Assembly: GCA_963664435.2 (NCBI GenBank)
Contig: CAXXKM010000001.1
Coordinates: 640,001-704,000, forward strand
Direction: 5' to 3'
From: Longimicrobiales bacterium
Lineage (GTDB): Bacteria > Gemmatimonadota > Gemmatimonadetes > Longimicrobiales > Gaopeijiaceae
Length of the DNA: 64,000 bases
Part shown: piece by piece, positions 1 through 10,501 of the stretch
Position numbering within the stretch: the first letter of the stretch is position 1
How the letters are laid out: each line of letters opens with the position of its first letter
Program-made: the position numbers and the translations under genes
Notes under the pieces: generated by a model
What the model saw: only the letters and a program-made list of their open reading frames with translations
What the model was told of the DNA's origin: nothing
The model's database searches: none

Positions 1-100
1 GGGAGCCTTGGGCGTGCGCCGCCGCGGGGAGAGCCGCGCACGACAGCATGAGGGCGGTCAGCTTGAGAAACCGGTTCAAGTTGTTGCCAGGCAAGCTCAT
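1..100 (-). CDS. 5' end of a secreted protein (runs off the window)
   Basis: Manual translation from ATG at 100: MSLPGNNLNRFLKLTALMLSCAALPAAAHAQGS, a Sec signal peptide with AHA|Q cleavage; GGAGG RBS upstream. Confidence 0.65.
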   Translation of the reverse strand, partial: MSLPGNNLNRFLKLTALMLSCAALPAAAHAQGS

Positions 101-391
101 ACGGAAATCCCTCCTGTGATATGGAGCCAAACCGAACCTTACCAATTCAAGCCGGGACGACGAATCCCAGCCGCCACAACCGCAGATCCGGCGGCGAGAG
201 GACCGAAAGACCCAGACCGGAAGATACGACAATATTGCGGAAAAAAGCGACAGAATGCCATCCCCCAGCGACAGAACACTGACTCACGCGCTCCATCCGT
301 CACCCCCTTGTAGCTGAATCAGTCTTGATGGAAAGCAACGTAACCGCAAGTCTCGTACCGTGAAGACGGACGGATTCGGGGGGCGAGGACC

Positions 392-2152
392 TCAGATTCT
401 GGCCTGCACCGTGTACAGTTCGTGGTAGCGGCCCCGGCGGGCGACCAGATCCTCGTGCCGGCCGCGTTCCACGATGCGGCCTTCCTCCAGCACCAGGATG
501 AGGTCGGCGCGGCGGATGGTCGACAGCCGGTGCGCGATGACCAGGGTGGTGCGTCCCCGCAGGAGCTGCGCCAGCGAAGCCTGGATGAGAGCTTCGCTCT
601 CGGTGTCCAGACTCGAGGTCGCTTCGTCGAGAAAAAGGAGACGCGGGTCGGCGAGAATCGCCCGGGCGATGGTGACGCGCTGGCGCTGGCCGCCGGAGAG
701 CTTGACCCCGCGTTCGCCGATGACGGTGTCGAGCCCGTCCGGGAAGCGGTCGCTGAACTCGGTGACGAACGCCTGCCGGGCGGCGTGCCTCACTTCATCC
801 CCACTCGCGCCCGGGCGCGCGAAGAGCAGATTCTCGCTGATGGTGCCGTCGAAAAGGAAATCGTCCTGGAGCACCAGCCCCAGTTGGTTGCGGTAGCTCG
901 GCAGCCGCACCTCGCTCAGGTCGACGTCGTCCACGAGCACGCGACCTTCATCGGGCGTGAGGAAGGAGGCGGCCAGGCTGGCCATCGTCGACTTGCCGGA
1001 TCCGGAGCTTCCCACGAGCGCGACCACGGTCCCGGGCTCGACGTCGAAGCTGATTCCCCGGAGCACGGGCTTGTCCTCCTCGTAACGGAAGTGGACATCC
1101 TCGAACCGGAGCCGTCCGCGGATGCGTGGCATCTCCACGACCCGCCTCGGATCGTCGTCCTCGGTCGGCCAGGAGAGCAGTTCGGCGGTACGGTCGAGGC
1201 CGGCGAAGGCCTCCGTCATCTGGGTGCCGATGTTGGCCATCTGGATCACGGGAGCGATCAGGAAACCCAGGAGGAAGGTGAACGAGAAGAGTTCGCCCAC
1301 CGTAAGCTGGCCCTGAACGATCAGCCACCCGCCGTACCCCATCACCAGGACCCCCGCGAGTCCCATGAAGAACGTACCCGCGCTGGTGACCAGGCTGGAG
1401 GTGGTGAGCGTCTTCCTGATGTTGCGGAAGATGCGCATGACGCCCTCGCGGAAGATCGTCCCTTCCGCCTTCACGGCGTGGAAGCCCTTGATGACGCGAA
1501 TGCCGCCGAGGGACTCGGTAAGCCGGCCCGTGACGTCCGCGCGGATCTTGCCGCGTTCGCGGAACGCGGGCCGCAGCGTGCGGAAGGCGTTCGTGGAGAT
1601 GATGGCGAAGGCGGCGAGCGGGCCCAGCGTGAGCAGCGTCATCATGGGAGAGATGCTGAGCAGGTACGCGAAGCCCACAATCGCCGTGATCACCCCGCCG
1701 ACCAGCTGGACCAGGCCGGTTCCGACCAGGTTCCGGACGCCCCGCACGTCCTCCATGATGCGCGAGACGAGATCGCCCGAGCGGGTGTTGTCGAAGACGC
1801 GCACGGGGAGGCTCAGCACGTGCCGCTGCACCTGAGTGCGCAGATCGGCGATGAGGCGCTGCGCCTCCACGCTGAGCATCATGGTCAGGGTGTACGACGT
1901 GGCCGCCTGGACGACCACCGCCACCGCCACCGCCCCGAGGAGCCGGAACAGTCCCGGGAGGTCGCTCGTCGCGATCACGTCGTCGATGAGGGGACGGGTG
2001 GCGATCGGGAGGACGAGTCCGGCCAGGCGGTTCATCAGGATCAGCACGAGACCGAGAAGAACCAGCCTGCGCCGCGGCCAGATGATTTCGTGGAACGCGT
2101 GCCTGAGGCTGGCGCCGGAGATCCGCTTCTTCTTCGCTTTGTCGTCCGTCAC
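392..2152 (-). CDS. ABC transporter fused permease/ATP-binding protein (MsbA-like exporter)
   Basis: TM domain, Walker A GSSGSGKS, LSGGQRQR, DEATSSLD, AHRLSTI; start uncertain (GTG 2152 or ATG 2194). Confidence 0.92.
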   Translation of the reverse strand: MTDDKAKKKRISGASLRHAFHEIIWPRRRLVLLGLVLILMNRLAGLVLPIATRPLIDDVIATSDLPGLFRLLGAVAVAVVVQAATSYTLTMMLSVEAQRLIADLRTQVQRHVLSLPVRVFDNTRSGDLVSRIMEDVRGVRNLVGTGLVQLVGGVITAIVGFAYLLSISPMMTLLTLGPLAAFAIISTNAFRTLRPAFRERGKIRADVTGRLTESLGGIRVIKGFHAVKAEGTIFREGVMRIFRNIRKTLTTSSLVTSAGTFFMGLAGVLVMGYGGWLIVQGQLTVGELFSFTFLLGFLIAPVIQMANIGTQMTEAFAGLDRTAELLSWPTEDDDPRRVVEMPRIRGRLRFEDVHFRYEEDKPVLRGISFDVEPGTVVALVGSSGSGKSTMASLAASFLTPDEGRVLVDDVDLSEVRLPSYRNQLGLVLQDDFLFDGTISENLLFARPGASGDEVRHAARQAFVTEFSDRFPDGLDTVIGERGVKLSGGQRQRVTIARAILADPRLLFLDEATSSLDTESEALIQASLAQLLRGRTTLVIAHRLSTIRRADLILVLEEGRIVERGRHEDLVARRGRYHELYTVQARI

Positions 2153-2325
2153 CAGTGTCGTCCCTGACTCGCGCCCCTTCGGGTAACGTTGCATCTTGCC
2201 GGGCGAAAGATGGCGGCAAGCGGGAGTGGTTGGAAGCGGCAGGGGAGGTGGATCCAATCCGGGCGGGTGCGAAACCCCCCAGTTGCGCGGGTGGGTGCGG
2301 GGCCCGCGCGAAGGAGTTGGAAGCG

Positions 2326-3687
2326 ATGATGGCAGGCCAGCAGCTCAAGGGCGGGCGGGCGCGGGCATGGTGGATCGGGGCGCTCCTGGGGGTGTTGGCG
2401 GGTTGCGGCGACGGGCCCGGGACCGGCGGCACGGGCGGGACCGGGGACACGGGCGCGGCGCCGGCAACCGGCCAGGGCGACGCCGGTGGCGGTGCGGGCG
2501 GCACGGCCGCGGAGGGCGTGGTCGTGCTGCGCGCCGACCGCGTGCTGGACGGGCGCGGCGGATCCATGAGCGGGCGCGAGGTGGTGGTGCGCGACGGCCG
2601 CATCGAGGCGGTCGTCGAGGCCGGGAGCACGGCCGGGGCCGCGGTCTACGACCTGTCGGGCGCCACCCTGCTGCCCGGCCTGATCGACACCCACGTCCAC
2701 CTGGGATGGCACTTCGACCGCGAGACCGGGCGGCTGCACACCGCGGAATCGACCGACGGCCCCGAGGATCAGGCCCTGTACGCGGCCGAGAGCGCGTGGA
2801 AGATGCTCCGGAGCGGCGTCACCACCGTGCAGAGCGTCGGCGGAGCGGAGGACGTCCCGGTGCGCGACGCGATCGCGGGCGGCACGCTCCCGGGGCCGCG
2901 CGTGCTCACCTCGATCCGGGCGATCAACGCGGGAACCGGCGGGCCGGCCGCGATGCGGGCCCATGTGGACGAAATGGCGGCTGCGGGCGCGGACGTGATC
3001 AAGATCTTCGCCTCGGAGAGCATCCGGGTGGGGGGCGGGCCGACGCTCAGCCAGGAGCAGCTCGACGCCGCCTGCGGCCGGGCCGGCGAGCACGGCCTGC
3101 GCACGGTGGTGCACGCCCACGGCCCCGAGAGCGCGAGCCGCGCGGCGCGGGCGGGATGCTCGCAAATCGAGCACGGCGCCCTGCTGGACCGGGCCACGCT
3201 CGAGCTGCTGGCCGGGCGCGGGCTCTACTACGACCCGCACATCCACGTCATCTTCGACAACTATTTCTCCAACGCGGAGCGATACCTGGGCATCGGCAAC
3301 TACACCGAGGAGGGGTTCGAGCAGATGCGCGCGGCCGTACCGGTGGCGCTGGCCACCTTCCAGGAGGCGCTGAGCGTGGACGGGCTCGAAATCGTGTTCG
3401 GCACCGACGCCGTGGCGGGGGCACACGGCAACAACTGGCGGGAGCTGGTCTATCGCGTCGAGGAGGGAGGCCAGGATCCCATGGCGGCGGTGGTGTCGGC
3501 GACCAGCCTGGCGGCCGAATCGCTCGGGCTCGGAGGGTCGCTGGGCGCGGTGGAACCCGGCTACGAGGCGGACCTGATCGCCGTGGCGGGCGATCCCTCC
3601 GCAGACATCGCGGCGCTCGGGCGCGTGGTCTTCGTCATGCGCGCGGGCACAGTGTACCGGAACGATCCCGTGGGGGCGGGGCGATGA
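2326..3687 (+). CDS. Amidohydrolase family lipoprotein
   Basis: Lipobox LAGC, PGLIDTHVH, HAHG, IEHG, FGTD motifs; AAGGAG RBS. Confidence 0.88.
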   Translation: MMAGQQLKGGRARAWWIGALLGVLAGCGDGPGTGGTGGTGDTGAAPATGQGDAGGGAGGTAAEGVVVLRADRVLDGRGGSMSGREVVVRDGRIEAVVEAGSTAGAAVYDLSGATLLPGLIDTHVHLGWHFDRETGRLHTAESTDGPEDQALYAAESAWKMLRSGVTTVQSVGGAEDVPVRDAIAGGTLPGPRVLTSIRAINAGTGGPAAMRAHVDEMAAAGADVIKIFASESIRVGGGPTLSQEQLDAACGRAGEHGLRTVVHAHGPESASRAARAGCSQIEHGALLDRATLELLAGRGLYYDPHIHVIFDNYFSNAERYLGIGNYTEEGFEQMRAAVPVALATFQEALSVDGLEIVFGTDAVAGAHGNNWRELVYRVEEGGQDPMAAVVSATSLAAESLGLGGSLGAVEPGYEADLIAVAGDPSADIAALGRVVFVMRAGTVYRNDPVGAGR

Positions 3688-4571
3688 TTCTTCGTGTGCA
3701 GCACATCGGCATGGTCGTGCGCGACCTGGAGGACGCCTGCGCGCGTTTCGAGCGCGTTCTCGGGCTCAAGGCGCGCGATTTCCGGGACGACCAGGGCAAG
3801 GGGATGCAGCTCGACGCCCGCATCCTCCTCGGCAACGAGTGCTGGCTGCACCTCGTCCAGAACTGGAACCCGGAGTCGCGCGTGAACCGGTTTCTCCAGG
3901 AGAAGGGCGAGGGGCTGGAGCACATCTGCCTGGAGACGGACGACATCGAAGCCGATGTCGCCCATCTTCGGGAGATCGGCGTGGGGGTGTGGGAGAACCG
4001 CATCCTCGACGCCAACGACGGCTACGAGGCCTTCGTCTATCCCGACAGGCTTCCCGGCCTGACCATCGAGCTCATCCAGTCGCACGACCGTAGCTGGTAC
4101 TATCCGCCGGAAGCGGTGGGCGAGCCCGTGAGCGACTCGATGGAGCTGTTCCGCCTGCAGCACATCGGCCTCTGCGTCCACGACCTGGCGGACGCCTGCT
4201 CGCGCTTCGAGCGCTTCTTCGGGCTCGTCGCCCAGGACTATCGCAACGATCAGGGCAAGGGCAGGCAGCTCGACGCGCGCATCCTCTTCCCCAACCAGTG
4301 CTGGCTGCACCTGGTGCAGAACTGGGACCCGGAGTCGCGCGTGAACCGGTTCCTGAAGTCGCGGGGCGAGGGGCTGGACCACATCGCCCTGCAGACCACG
4401 GACATCGACGGCGACGTCGCGGGCCTGCGCGAGCGCGGGATCCCCTTCTTCCAGGACACCATCTTCGACGCCAACGACGGCTACGAGGCGTTCGTCTATC
4501 CCGATCAGCTTCCCGGGATGACGGCGGAGCTGATCCAGCCTCACGCGCACAGCTGGGGGTTCGGGGAGTAG
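3684..4571 (+). CDS. Tandem two-domain VOC protein (methylmalonyl-CoA epimerase-like)
   Basis: Two similar repeats QHIG...RFL..GEGL(E/D)HI.L...ELIQ; ATGA overlap with upstream stop. Confidence 0.85.
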   Translation: MILRVQHIGMVVRDLEDACARFERVLGLKARDFRDDQGKGMQLDARILLGNECWLHLVQNWNPESRVNRFLQEKGEGLEHICLETDDIEADVAHLREIGVGVWENRILDANDGYEAFVYPDRLPGLTIELIQSHDRSWYYPPEAVGEPVSDSMELFRLQHIGLCVHDLADACSRFERFFGLVAQDYRNDQGKGRQLDARILFPNQCWLHLVQNWDPESRVNRFLKSRGEGLDHIALQTTDIDGDVAGLRERGIPFFQDTIFDANDGYEAFVYPDQLPGMTAELIQPHAHSWGFGE

Positions 4572-4596
4572 CCCGAGCGGCCCGGGGAGCACTGCC

Positions 4597-5679
4597 ATTA
4601 CCTACCATCTGGACGAACGGGTCGCGGTCGAGCGCTTTCGCGAGCCCTCGGTGCGCGGGTTCGCCGAGGACGTGCTGCGGGCGCTTGGCGCGAGCGCCGA
4701 GGAAGCGCGCATCAACGCCGACGGAGTGGTGACGGCGTCGCTCTGGTGGCATCCGGGGCAGCACCAGGGGCTGGAGAAGCTGTTTCGCTACGCGAGACGC
4801 ATGCGCAACGGGGGGATCCTGCCCGATGCGCCGATGACCTGGGTGCGGGAGCGGCCGGCCGCGGCGCTTCTCGATGCGAACAAGGGACTCGGGTATGTCG
4901 CCGCGCGGCGGGCCATGGACCGTGCCGTGGAGATGGCGCGGCAGGTCGGGGTGGCGATGGTCGGCGTGCGCCACAGCAACCACTTCGGTATCGCCGGCTT
5001 CCACGCCAGGCGGGCGGCGGACCTGGGGCTGATCGGGATTTCGATGACGAACGCGGGCGCGGAGATGGCTCCCTGGGGCGCGACCCGGCCGATCCTCGGC
5101 ACGAATCCATGGGGCATGGCGGTTCCGAGACCCGGAGGACGCGATCCCATCGTGCTGGACATGGCGCTGACCCAGTCGGGCAAGGGGATGATGCGCTGGC
5201 TCGGACGCGCGGGCCTGCCCATGCCGGACCACTGGGCGCTCACGCCCGACGGCGCCCGCACGACCGACCCGGACGAGGCCATGAAGGGGCCCCTCCTGCC
5301 CATCGGCGACTACAAGGGCTATGGCCTCAGCCTCTTCACCGACATTCTCACGGGCGTGCTGACGGGATCGCTGTTCGGGGCGCAGGTATTCCAGGACGAC
5401 AGGAACTACGACGTGGCCCACACCATGATCGCCGTCGACATCGAGGCGTTCATGTCGTCGGAGGAATTCGGGGAGAGGCTCGAGCGGTTGATCGCGGACG
5501 TGCTGGCGGCCCCGCCCATCGATCCGGCCCGGCCGGTTCGGCTGCCGGGCCAGGCGGAGCAGGAACGGGCCCGGCATCGATTGAAGCACGGGATCCCGAT
5601 GGACCCGAACACGGTGGTGCGGCTGCGGGCGCTCGCCGAAGAGCTGGGGGTGCCGTTCTCGCTGGAGCCGGCGGCCTGA
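4597..5679 (+). CDS. Ldh_2 family (malate/L-lactate/ureidoglycolate dehydrogenase-like) oxidoreductase
   Basis: SNHFGIAG, GTNP, LDMA, YKGYGL motifs; start either ATT 4597 (with RBS) or GTG 4651. Confidence 0.88.
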   Translation: MTYHLDERVAVERFREPSVRGFAEDVLRALGASAEEARINADGVVTASLWWHPGQHQGLEKLFRYARRMRNGGILPDAPMTWVRERPAAALLDANKGLGYVAARRAMDRAVEMARQVGVAMVGVRHSNHFGIAGFHARRAADLGLIGISMTNAGAEMAPWGATRPILGTNPWGMAVPRPGGRDPIVLDMALTQSGKGMMRWLGRAGLPMPDHWALTPDGARTTDPDEAMKGPLLPIGDYKGYGLSLFTDILTGVLTGSLFGAQVFQDDRNYDVAHTMIAVDIEAFMSSEEFGERLERLIADVLAAPPIDPARPVRLPGQAEQERARHRLKHGIPMDPNTVVRLRALAEELGVPFSLEPAA

Positions 5680-5736
5680 TGCGAGGGAGCGGAAGCGTCC
5701 TGGCCCGCCAAAGGAAGCCCGGACAATGCCCAGGAG

Positions 5737-5780
5737 CTTGAGGGCGGTGGAATGGCGACTTGAGGGCGGTGGAATAGCGA
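5737..5780. repeat. 22-bp tandem duplication
   Basis: cttgagggcggtggaatggcga / cttgagggcggtggaatagcga. Confidence 0.9.
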
Positions 5781-5832
5781 AACAGGTCACACACCATGCA
5801 TGACACATACAGGCTTCATATAGGATGAATAC

Positions 5833-6834
5833 ATGAGCAACGAAGTGCTGGCGATCGGGAACGCGGAGGCACCCCCCGGGACCATGGCCAGGGGCGCGAT
5901 CCCGGTCGGATCCGACGTGGCGGCGGTCGCACGCGAGATTCCCATCCTGCTATGCAGGGGCGCGTCCGACGGGCCGATCCTCTGGATCAACGGCGCCACC
6001 CACGGAGACGAGCCGGAGGGGGCGCTCTCGATCTTCAAGCTGTTCGCGACGCTCGATCCGGCGGGCGTGCGCGGGACGGTGGTCGGGGTCCCGGCGATGA
6101 ACGTGCCCGCGTTCGAGGCCGGCAAGCGCGGCGATCCGCTGGACACCTTCTCGTACGACATGAACCGCATCTACCCGGGGCGGGCCGATGGCTACCCGAC
6201 AGAGCGGGCGGCGTGGGCGCACTGGGAGGCCATGAAGGACGCCTGCGATCTCCAGATCGCCGTCCACTCGGGCGGGGAGCACTCCTACCTCGCGCACATG
6301 ATCTTCGCCTCCGACAACCCGGTCAGCTTCGAGCTGGCGGCCGCGATGGGGCCGCAGTGGGACCTCGTGTTTCGCAGCGGGGTGGGCGGCGCCAATCCCT
6401 CCTCGAAGATCGCGGAGCGGGGCAAGGCCGGAATCACCATCGAGCTGGGGGGCAACTGCCGCACGCTCACCTCCGACTTCCACGCCGTGGCCGAGGACCT
6501 GGCGGACAGCTACCGCAACGTCCTGCGCCACTACGGGATGATCGAGGGCGAGGCTCGCCATGCCCCCGAGTGGCGGATGGGGCATCAGCAGGCGCTGTTG
6601 GCTCCGGCGTCGGGCATGTGGGTCGGGGAGCCGGACGTGCCCTTCGAGACGCCGATTCCGGCAGGGACGCCGCTGGGACGGATCTTCGATCTCTATGGCG
6701 ATGTGCGCGGTGAAGTCGTGGCCCCGCGGGAGGGCGTGGTGTTCGGACTGCGCTCACGCCCCGCAGTGATCGAGGGCGAGTGGTGCTGCTTCTACGGCAT
6801 CATCGACGAGGTCAGGGACGACCTGCTGGGGTAG
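5833..6834 (+). CDS. Succinylglutamate desuccinylase/aspartoacylase (M14) family protein
   Basis: HGDE, DMNRIYPG, VHSGG, IELGG motifs. Confidence 0.88.
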   Translation: MSNEVLAIGNAEAPPGTMARGAIPVGSDVAAVAREIPILLCRGASDGPILWINGATHGDEPEGALSIFKLFATLDPAGVRGTVVGVPAMNVPAFEAGKRGDPLDTFSYDMNRIYPGRADGYPTERAAWAHWEAMKDACDLQIAVHSGGEHSYLAHMIFASDNPVSFELAAAMGPQWDLVFRSGVGGANPSSKIAERGKAGITIELGGNCRTLTSDFHAVAEDLADSYRNVLRHYGMIEGEARHAPEWRMGHQQALLAPASGMWVGEPDVPFETPIPAGTPLGRIFDLYGDVRGEVVAPREGVVFGLRSRPAVIEGEWCCFYGIIDEVRDDLLG

Positions 6835-6836
6835 GA

Positions 6837-6985
6837 CCAGCTCCCCGGTCCTGCCAGCTCCCCGGTCCTGCCATACCCCCGGTCCTGCCATACCCTCTGT
6901 CCTACCATACCCTCCGTCCCACCATACCCTCCGTCCTACCATACACCTCGGTCCCACCATACCCCCGTCCTACCATACCCTCCGT
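6837..6985. repeat. About 9 x 17-bp degenerate minisatellite
   Basis: Units drift from ccagctccccggtcctg to ccataccctccgtccta. Confidence 0.9.
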
Positions 6986-7018
6986 TGTTTGCCACATTTT
7001 GGTATTTGTGGCAGACAA
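6985..7018. terminator. Hairpin between convergent genes, possible terminator
   Basis: ttgtttgccaca-N10-tgtggcagacaa inverted repeat with one G-U pair. Confidence 0.45.
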
Positions 7019-7039
7019 AAGAGGGGGCCGGGAAACCAA

Positions 7040-8197
7040 TCAAGCGCCGGCGGCGGCGCTCGTCCCCACCGCGAGCCTCGCCTTCGCCAACACGTCCACG
7101 AATTCGTCTACTTCATCCGCAGTGTTGTAGTAGTGCGGGCTGGCCCGGACCACGCCCGGACGGCTGTCCACGATGATTCCGCGGTCGGCGAGGTGGCTCA
7201 CCGCGTCCGCGGGCGCCGGATGGCGAACGGGAACGATCGCCGAGCGTTGATCCGGGTGGCCCGCGACCCGGGGTGAGAGACCGGCAGCCCGGCAGCCTTC
7301 GATCAGTCGCTTGGTCAGCGTCACGTTCCGGGCCCGAATCGCCTCGACGCCCACCTGGTCGATAAGGTCCTGGCCGCCGAGGGCAGTGTGGACCGTGGCG
7401 AGTGCGGGGGTCCCGAGCTCGAAGCGGCGCGCGTCCGCGTGGTAGCGGAAGTCGCCCGGATTGAAGCGGAACTGGTCCTCGGTCGCGAACCAGCTCGTGA
7501 TCCTCGGCTCGAGGGCGGGGATCAGGTCATCGCGCACGTACAGATACGCGAGCCCCGGGCCTCCGCAGAGCCACTTGAGGGGGCCGGCGGTATAGAAGTC
7601 GACGCCGGTCGCGGGCAGGTCCACCGGCACCTGACCCGCCCCCTGGTATCCGTCGATGAGGCAATACGCACCGGCGCGGTGCGCGATCTCCGCGATCGAC
7701 TCCAGATCGAGGATGGCGCCGGTGGTGAAGAAGACGTGGCTGGTGGCGATGGCCAGCGTGCGCTCGTCGACGGCGTCCTCGAACTGCTGCGGGTCGACCC
7801 GGACGCCGTCCGGACTCTCCAGAACGACCATCTCCACGCCGGGACGCACCTTCCACTGGTACAGGAGCGTGGGAAAGTCGAGCTCGGTCGTGACGATGCG
7901 GTTGCGCTCCGACCAGTCCAGGCTCTCGGAGATGACCGAGAGGCAGGCGGAGGTGGAGGGCATGAGCGCGATGGTCCCGGCGGGGGCCGCGAAGAGGTCC
8001 GCGACGCGCCGCCGGAGTTCCGCGAGGAGCTCCCACCAGTGCTCGTACCACGCCGAGGCGCCCATGTCGTGCCATCGATCGAGGAAGTCCTGCAGGCGCT
8101 CCTCGGCCCGGGTCGAGAGGGCGCCCAGCGAGCAGGAATTCAGGTAGTTGCGGCGCTGGAGAATCGGGAACGCCCCGCGAACCCGGTCGAGGTTCAC
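7040..8197 (-). CDS. Class V PLP aminotransferase (kynureninase/cysteine desulfurase-like)
   Basis: YLNSCSLG, DGYQG, PLKWLCGGPG (PLP Lys), RFELGT; GTGA overlap with hydA stop. Confidence 0.88.
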   Translation of the reverse strand: MNLDRVRGAFPILQRRNYLNSCSLGALSTRAEERLQDFLDRWHDMGASAWYEHWWELLAELRRRVADLFAAPAGTIALMPSTSACLSVISESLDWSERNRIVTTELDFPTLLYQWKVRPGVEMVVLESPDGVRVDPQQFEDAVDERTLAIATSHVFFTTGAILDLESIAEIAHRAGAYCLIDGYQGAGQVPVDLPATGVDFYTAGPLKWLCGGPGLAYLYVRDDLIPALEPRITSWFATEDQFRFNPGDFRYHADARRFELGTPALATVHTALGGQDLIDQVGVEAIRARNVTLTKRLIEGCRAAGLSPRVAGHPDQRSAIVPVRHPAPADAVSHLADRGIIVDSRPGVVRASPHYYNTADEVDEFVDVLAKARLAVGTSAAAGA

Positions 8198-9591
8198 GGC
8201 AGCGCTGCCGGGTCGATGCGCCGCCGCTCGGCGAGACGTCCCCTGCCCCGCTCCGCGACCGGTTCTCCGCGATCGACGATGATCTCGCCCCGGGAGAGCG
8301 TCCAGGTCGGGAATCCGCTCACGCGCATCCCCTGGAAGGGACTGTAGTCGACGGCGGAGTGGAGCCTGGCCGCATCGATTACCGTCTCCGCCTCCGGGTC
8401 CACGACGATGATGTCGGCGTCGGCTCCGGCGTCCAGCGTGCCCTTGCGCGGGTACATCCCGAAGATGCGCGCCGGGTTGGTGGAGGCGAGCTCCACGAAG
8501 CGCTGGGGCGAGATCACGCCGGTCGACACGCCACCGGAAAACACCAGGGGCAGGCGGGTTTCGATCCCCGGGAGGCCGTTGGGGATGCGGGTGAAGTTGC
8601 CGCGCCCGGTGGTCTTCTGGTCGTGGTAGCGGAAGGGCGCGTGGTCGGAGGATACCTGCTGGATCGATCCGGCCGCCAGGGCGCTCCAGAGCGCGTCGCG
8701 GTGCTCGGCGGCGCGCATCGGGGGGCTGCACACGAACTTGGCGACCTCGAATCCGCCGCAGGGGTCGTAGACGGTTTCGTCGAGCACCAGGTACTGCGGA
8801 CAGGTCTCGGCCACCACCGGTTCCCCGCGCTCGCGGGCGGCGGCCACATGAGCCGCCGCGCCCGCCGAGGTGACGTGCGCGATGCAGAGAGGCGCATCCA
8901 CCACCCCGGCCAGCATGATGGCGCGATGGGTCGCCTCCGCCTCCACCACCGGCGGGCGGCTGGGGGCGTGGAATGCGGGACCGGTCTTTCCCGCGTCCAG
9001 GTGCTGGTTGATCAGGTATGTGACCGCGCAGTCGTTCTCGCAGTGAACGTAGACGAGTCCGCCGTGGGCGCCGGTCGCCTCCAGCAGGCGCAGCAGCCCG
9101 TCGTCGTTGACGATCTTGTCGCCGTACGTCATGTAGACCTTGAACGAGGGGAACCCTCCCTCGATCAATTCCGGCACTTCGTCGAGAACATCGTCGCGGA
9201 CATCCGTGACTATGGTATGGAAGCCGTAGTCGATGACGGCGTCGGGCGCGATCTCACCCAGACGCCGGTCGCGCGCCAGCGCCAGCGACTCGCCGCGGCG
9301 CTGCAGCGAGAAGTCGATGATGGTGGTGACGCCCCCGCACGCCCCCGCGACGGTGCCGATAAAGAAGTCGTCGGCGGTGGTGATCCCCAGGCGGTCGATG
9401 GGGTGGGCCAGATGGGTGTGGGTGTCGATGCCGCCGGGCATGACCCAGTGGCCGCTCGCGTCGAGGACCTCGCCCTCGGTGGTCAGGTCCCGCCCGACGC
9501 CAGCGATCCGCCCGTCCCGGACGAGAACGTCGGCCGGCTCCATGCGGTCGGCGGTCACCGCCGTGCCCCCGGCGATCAGCAGTTCGCTCAA
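8194..9591 (-). CDS. hydA: Dihydropyrimidinase / D-hydantoinase
   Basis: GGIDTHTH, SFKVYMTY, VHCEN, SDHAPF, PNGLPGIETR. Confidence 0.9.
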   Translation of the reverse strand: MSELLIAGGTAVTADRMEPADVLVRDGRIAGVGRDLTTEGEVLDASGHWVMPGGIDTHTHLAHPIDRLGITTADDFFIGTVAGACGGVTTIIDFSLQRRGESLALARDRRLGEIAPDAVIDYGFHTIVTDVRDDVLDEVPELIEGGFPSFKVYMTYGDKIVNDDGLLRLLEATGAHGGLVYVHCENDCAVTYLINQHLDAGKTGPAFHAPSRPPVVEAEATHRAIMLAGVVDAPLCIAHVTSAGAAAHVAAARERGEPVVAETCPQYLVLDETVYDPCGGFEVAKFVCSPPMRAAEHRDALWSALAAGSIQQVSSDHAPFRYHDQKTTGRGNFTRIPNGLPGIETRLPLVFSGGVSTGVISPQRFVELASTNPARIFGMYPRKGTLDAGADADIIVVDPEAETVIDAARLHSAVDYSPFQGMRVSGFPTWTLSRGEIIVDRGEPVAERGRGRLAERRRIDPAALP

Positions 9592-9691
9592 CGCGCGCTC
9601 CTCCTTGCTGGCGACCCCCGGACCCGCGCAGAGCCTGGTCCGCGCGAGCCCGGGGGCCGGTCGGTGTTTGTCGCGATGTCCCGGGTCGCCC

Positions 9692-10351
<660 letters not shown>

Positions 10352-10501
10352 GGTGCTCCCTCCAGGTTCAGGGTCCGGTGCGGGTCTCGGCAGGCTCGCG
10401 AAGCGTAGCCATCGCACCGGGACTACGCCACACGCGATTGCCGGTTCCGCCGCAGGAACGCCCGCGGCGCGGCCGACGGTACCGGCCTCCATCCGACCAT
10501 C

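Noticed and set aside
8..313. 101-aa + strand ORF
   Set aside because: No motif; overlaps a better-supported minus-strand signal-peptide gene and its upstream region
6837..6985. Possible CRISPR array
   Set aside because: Repeats are contiguous with no unique spacers, and no cas genes are present
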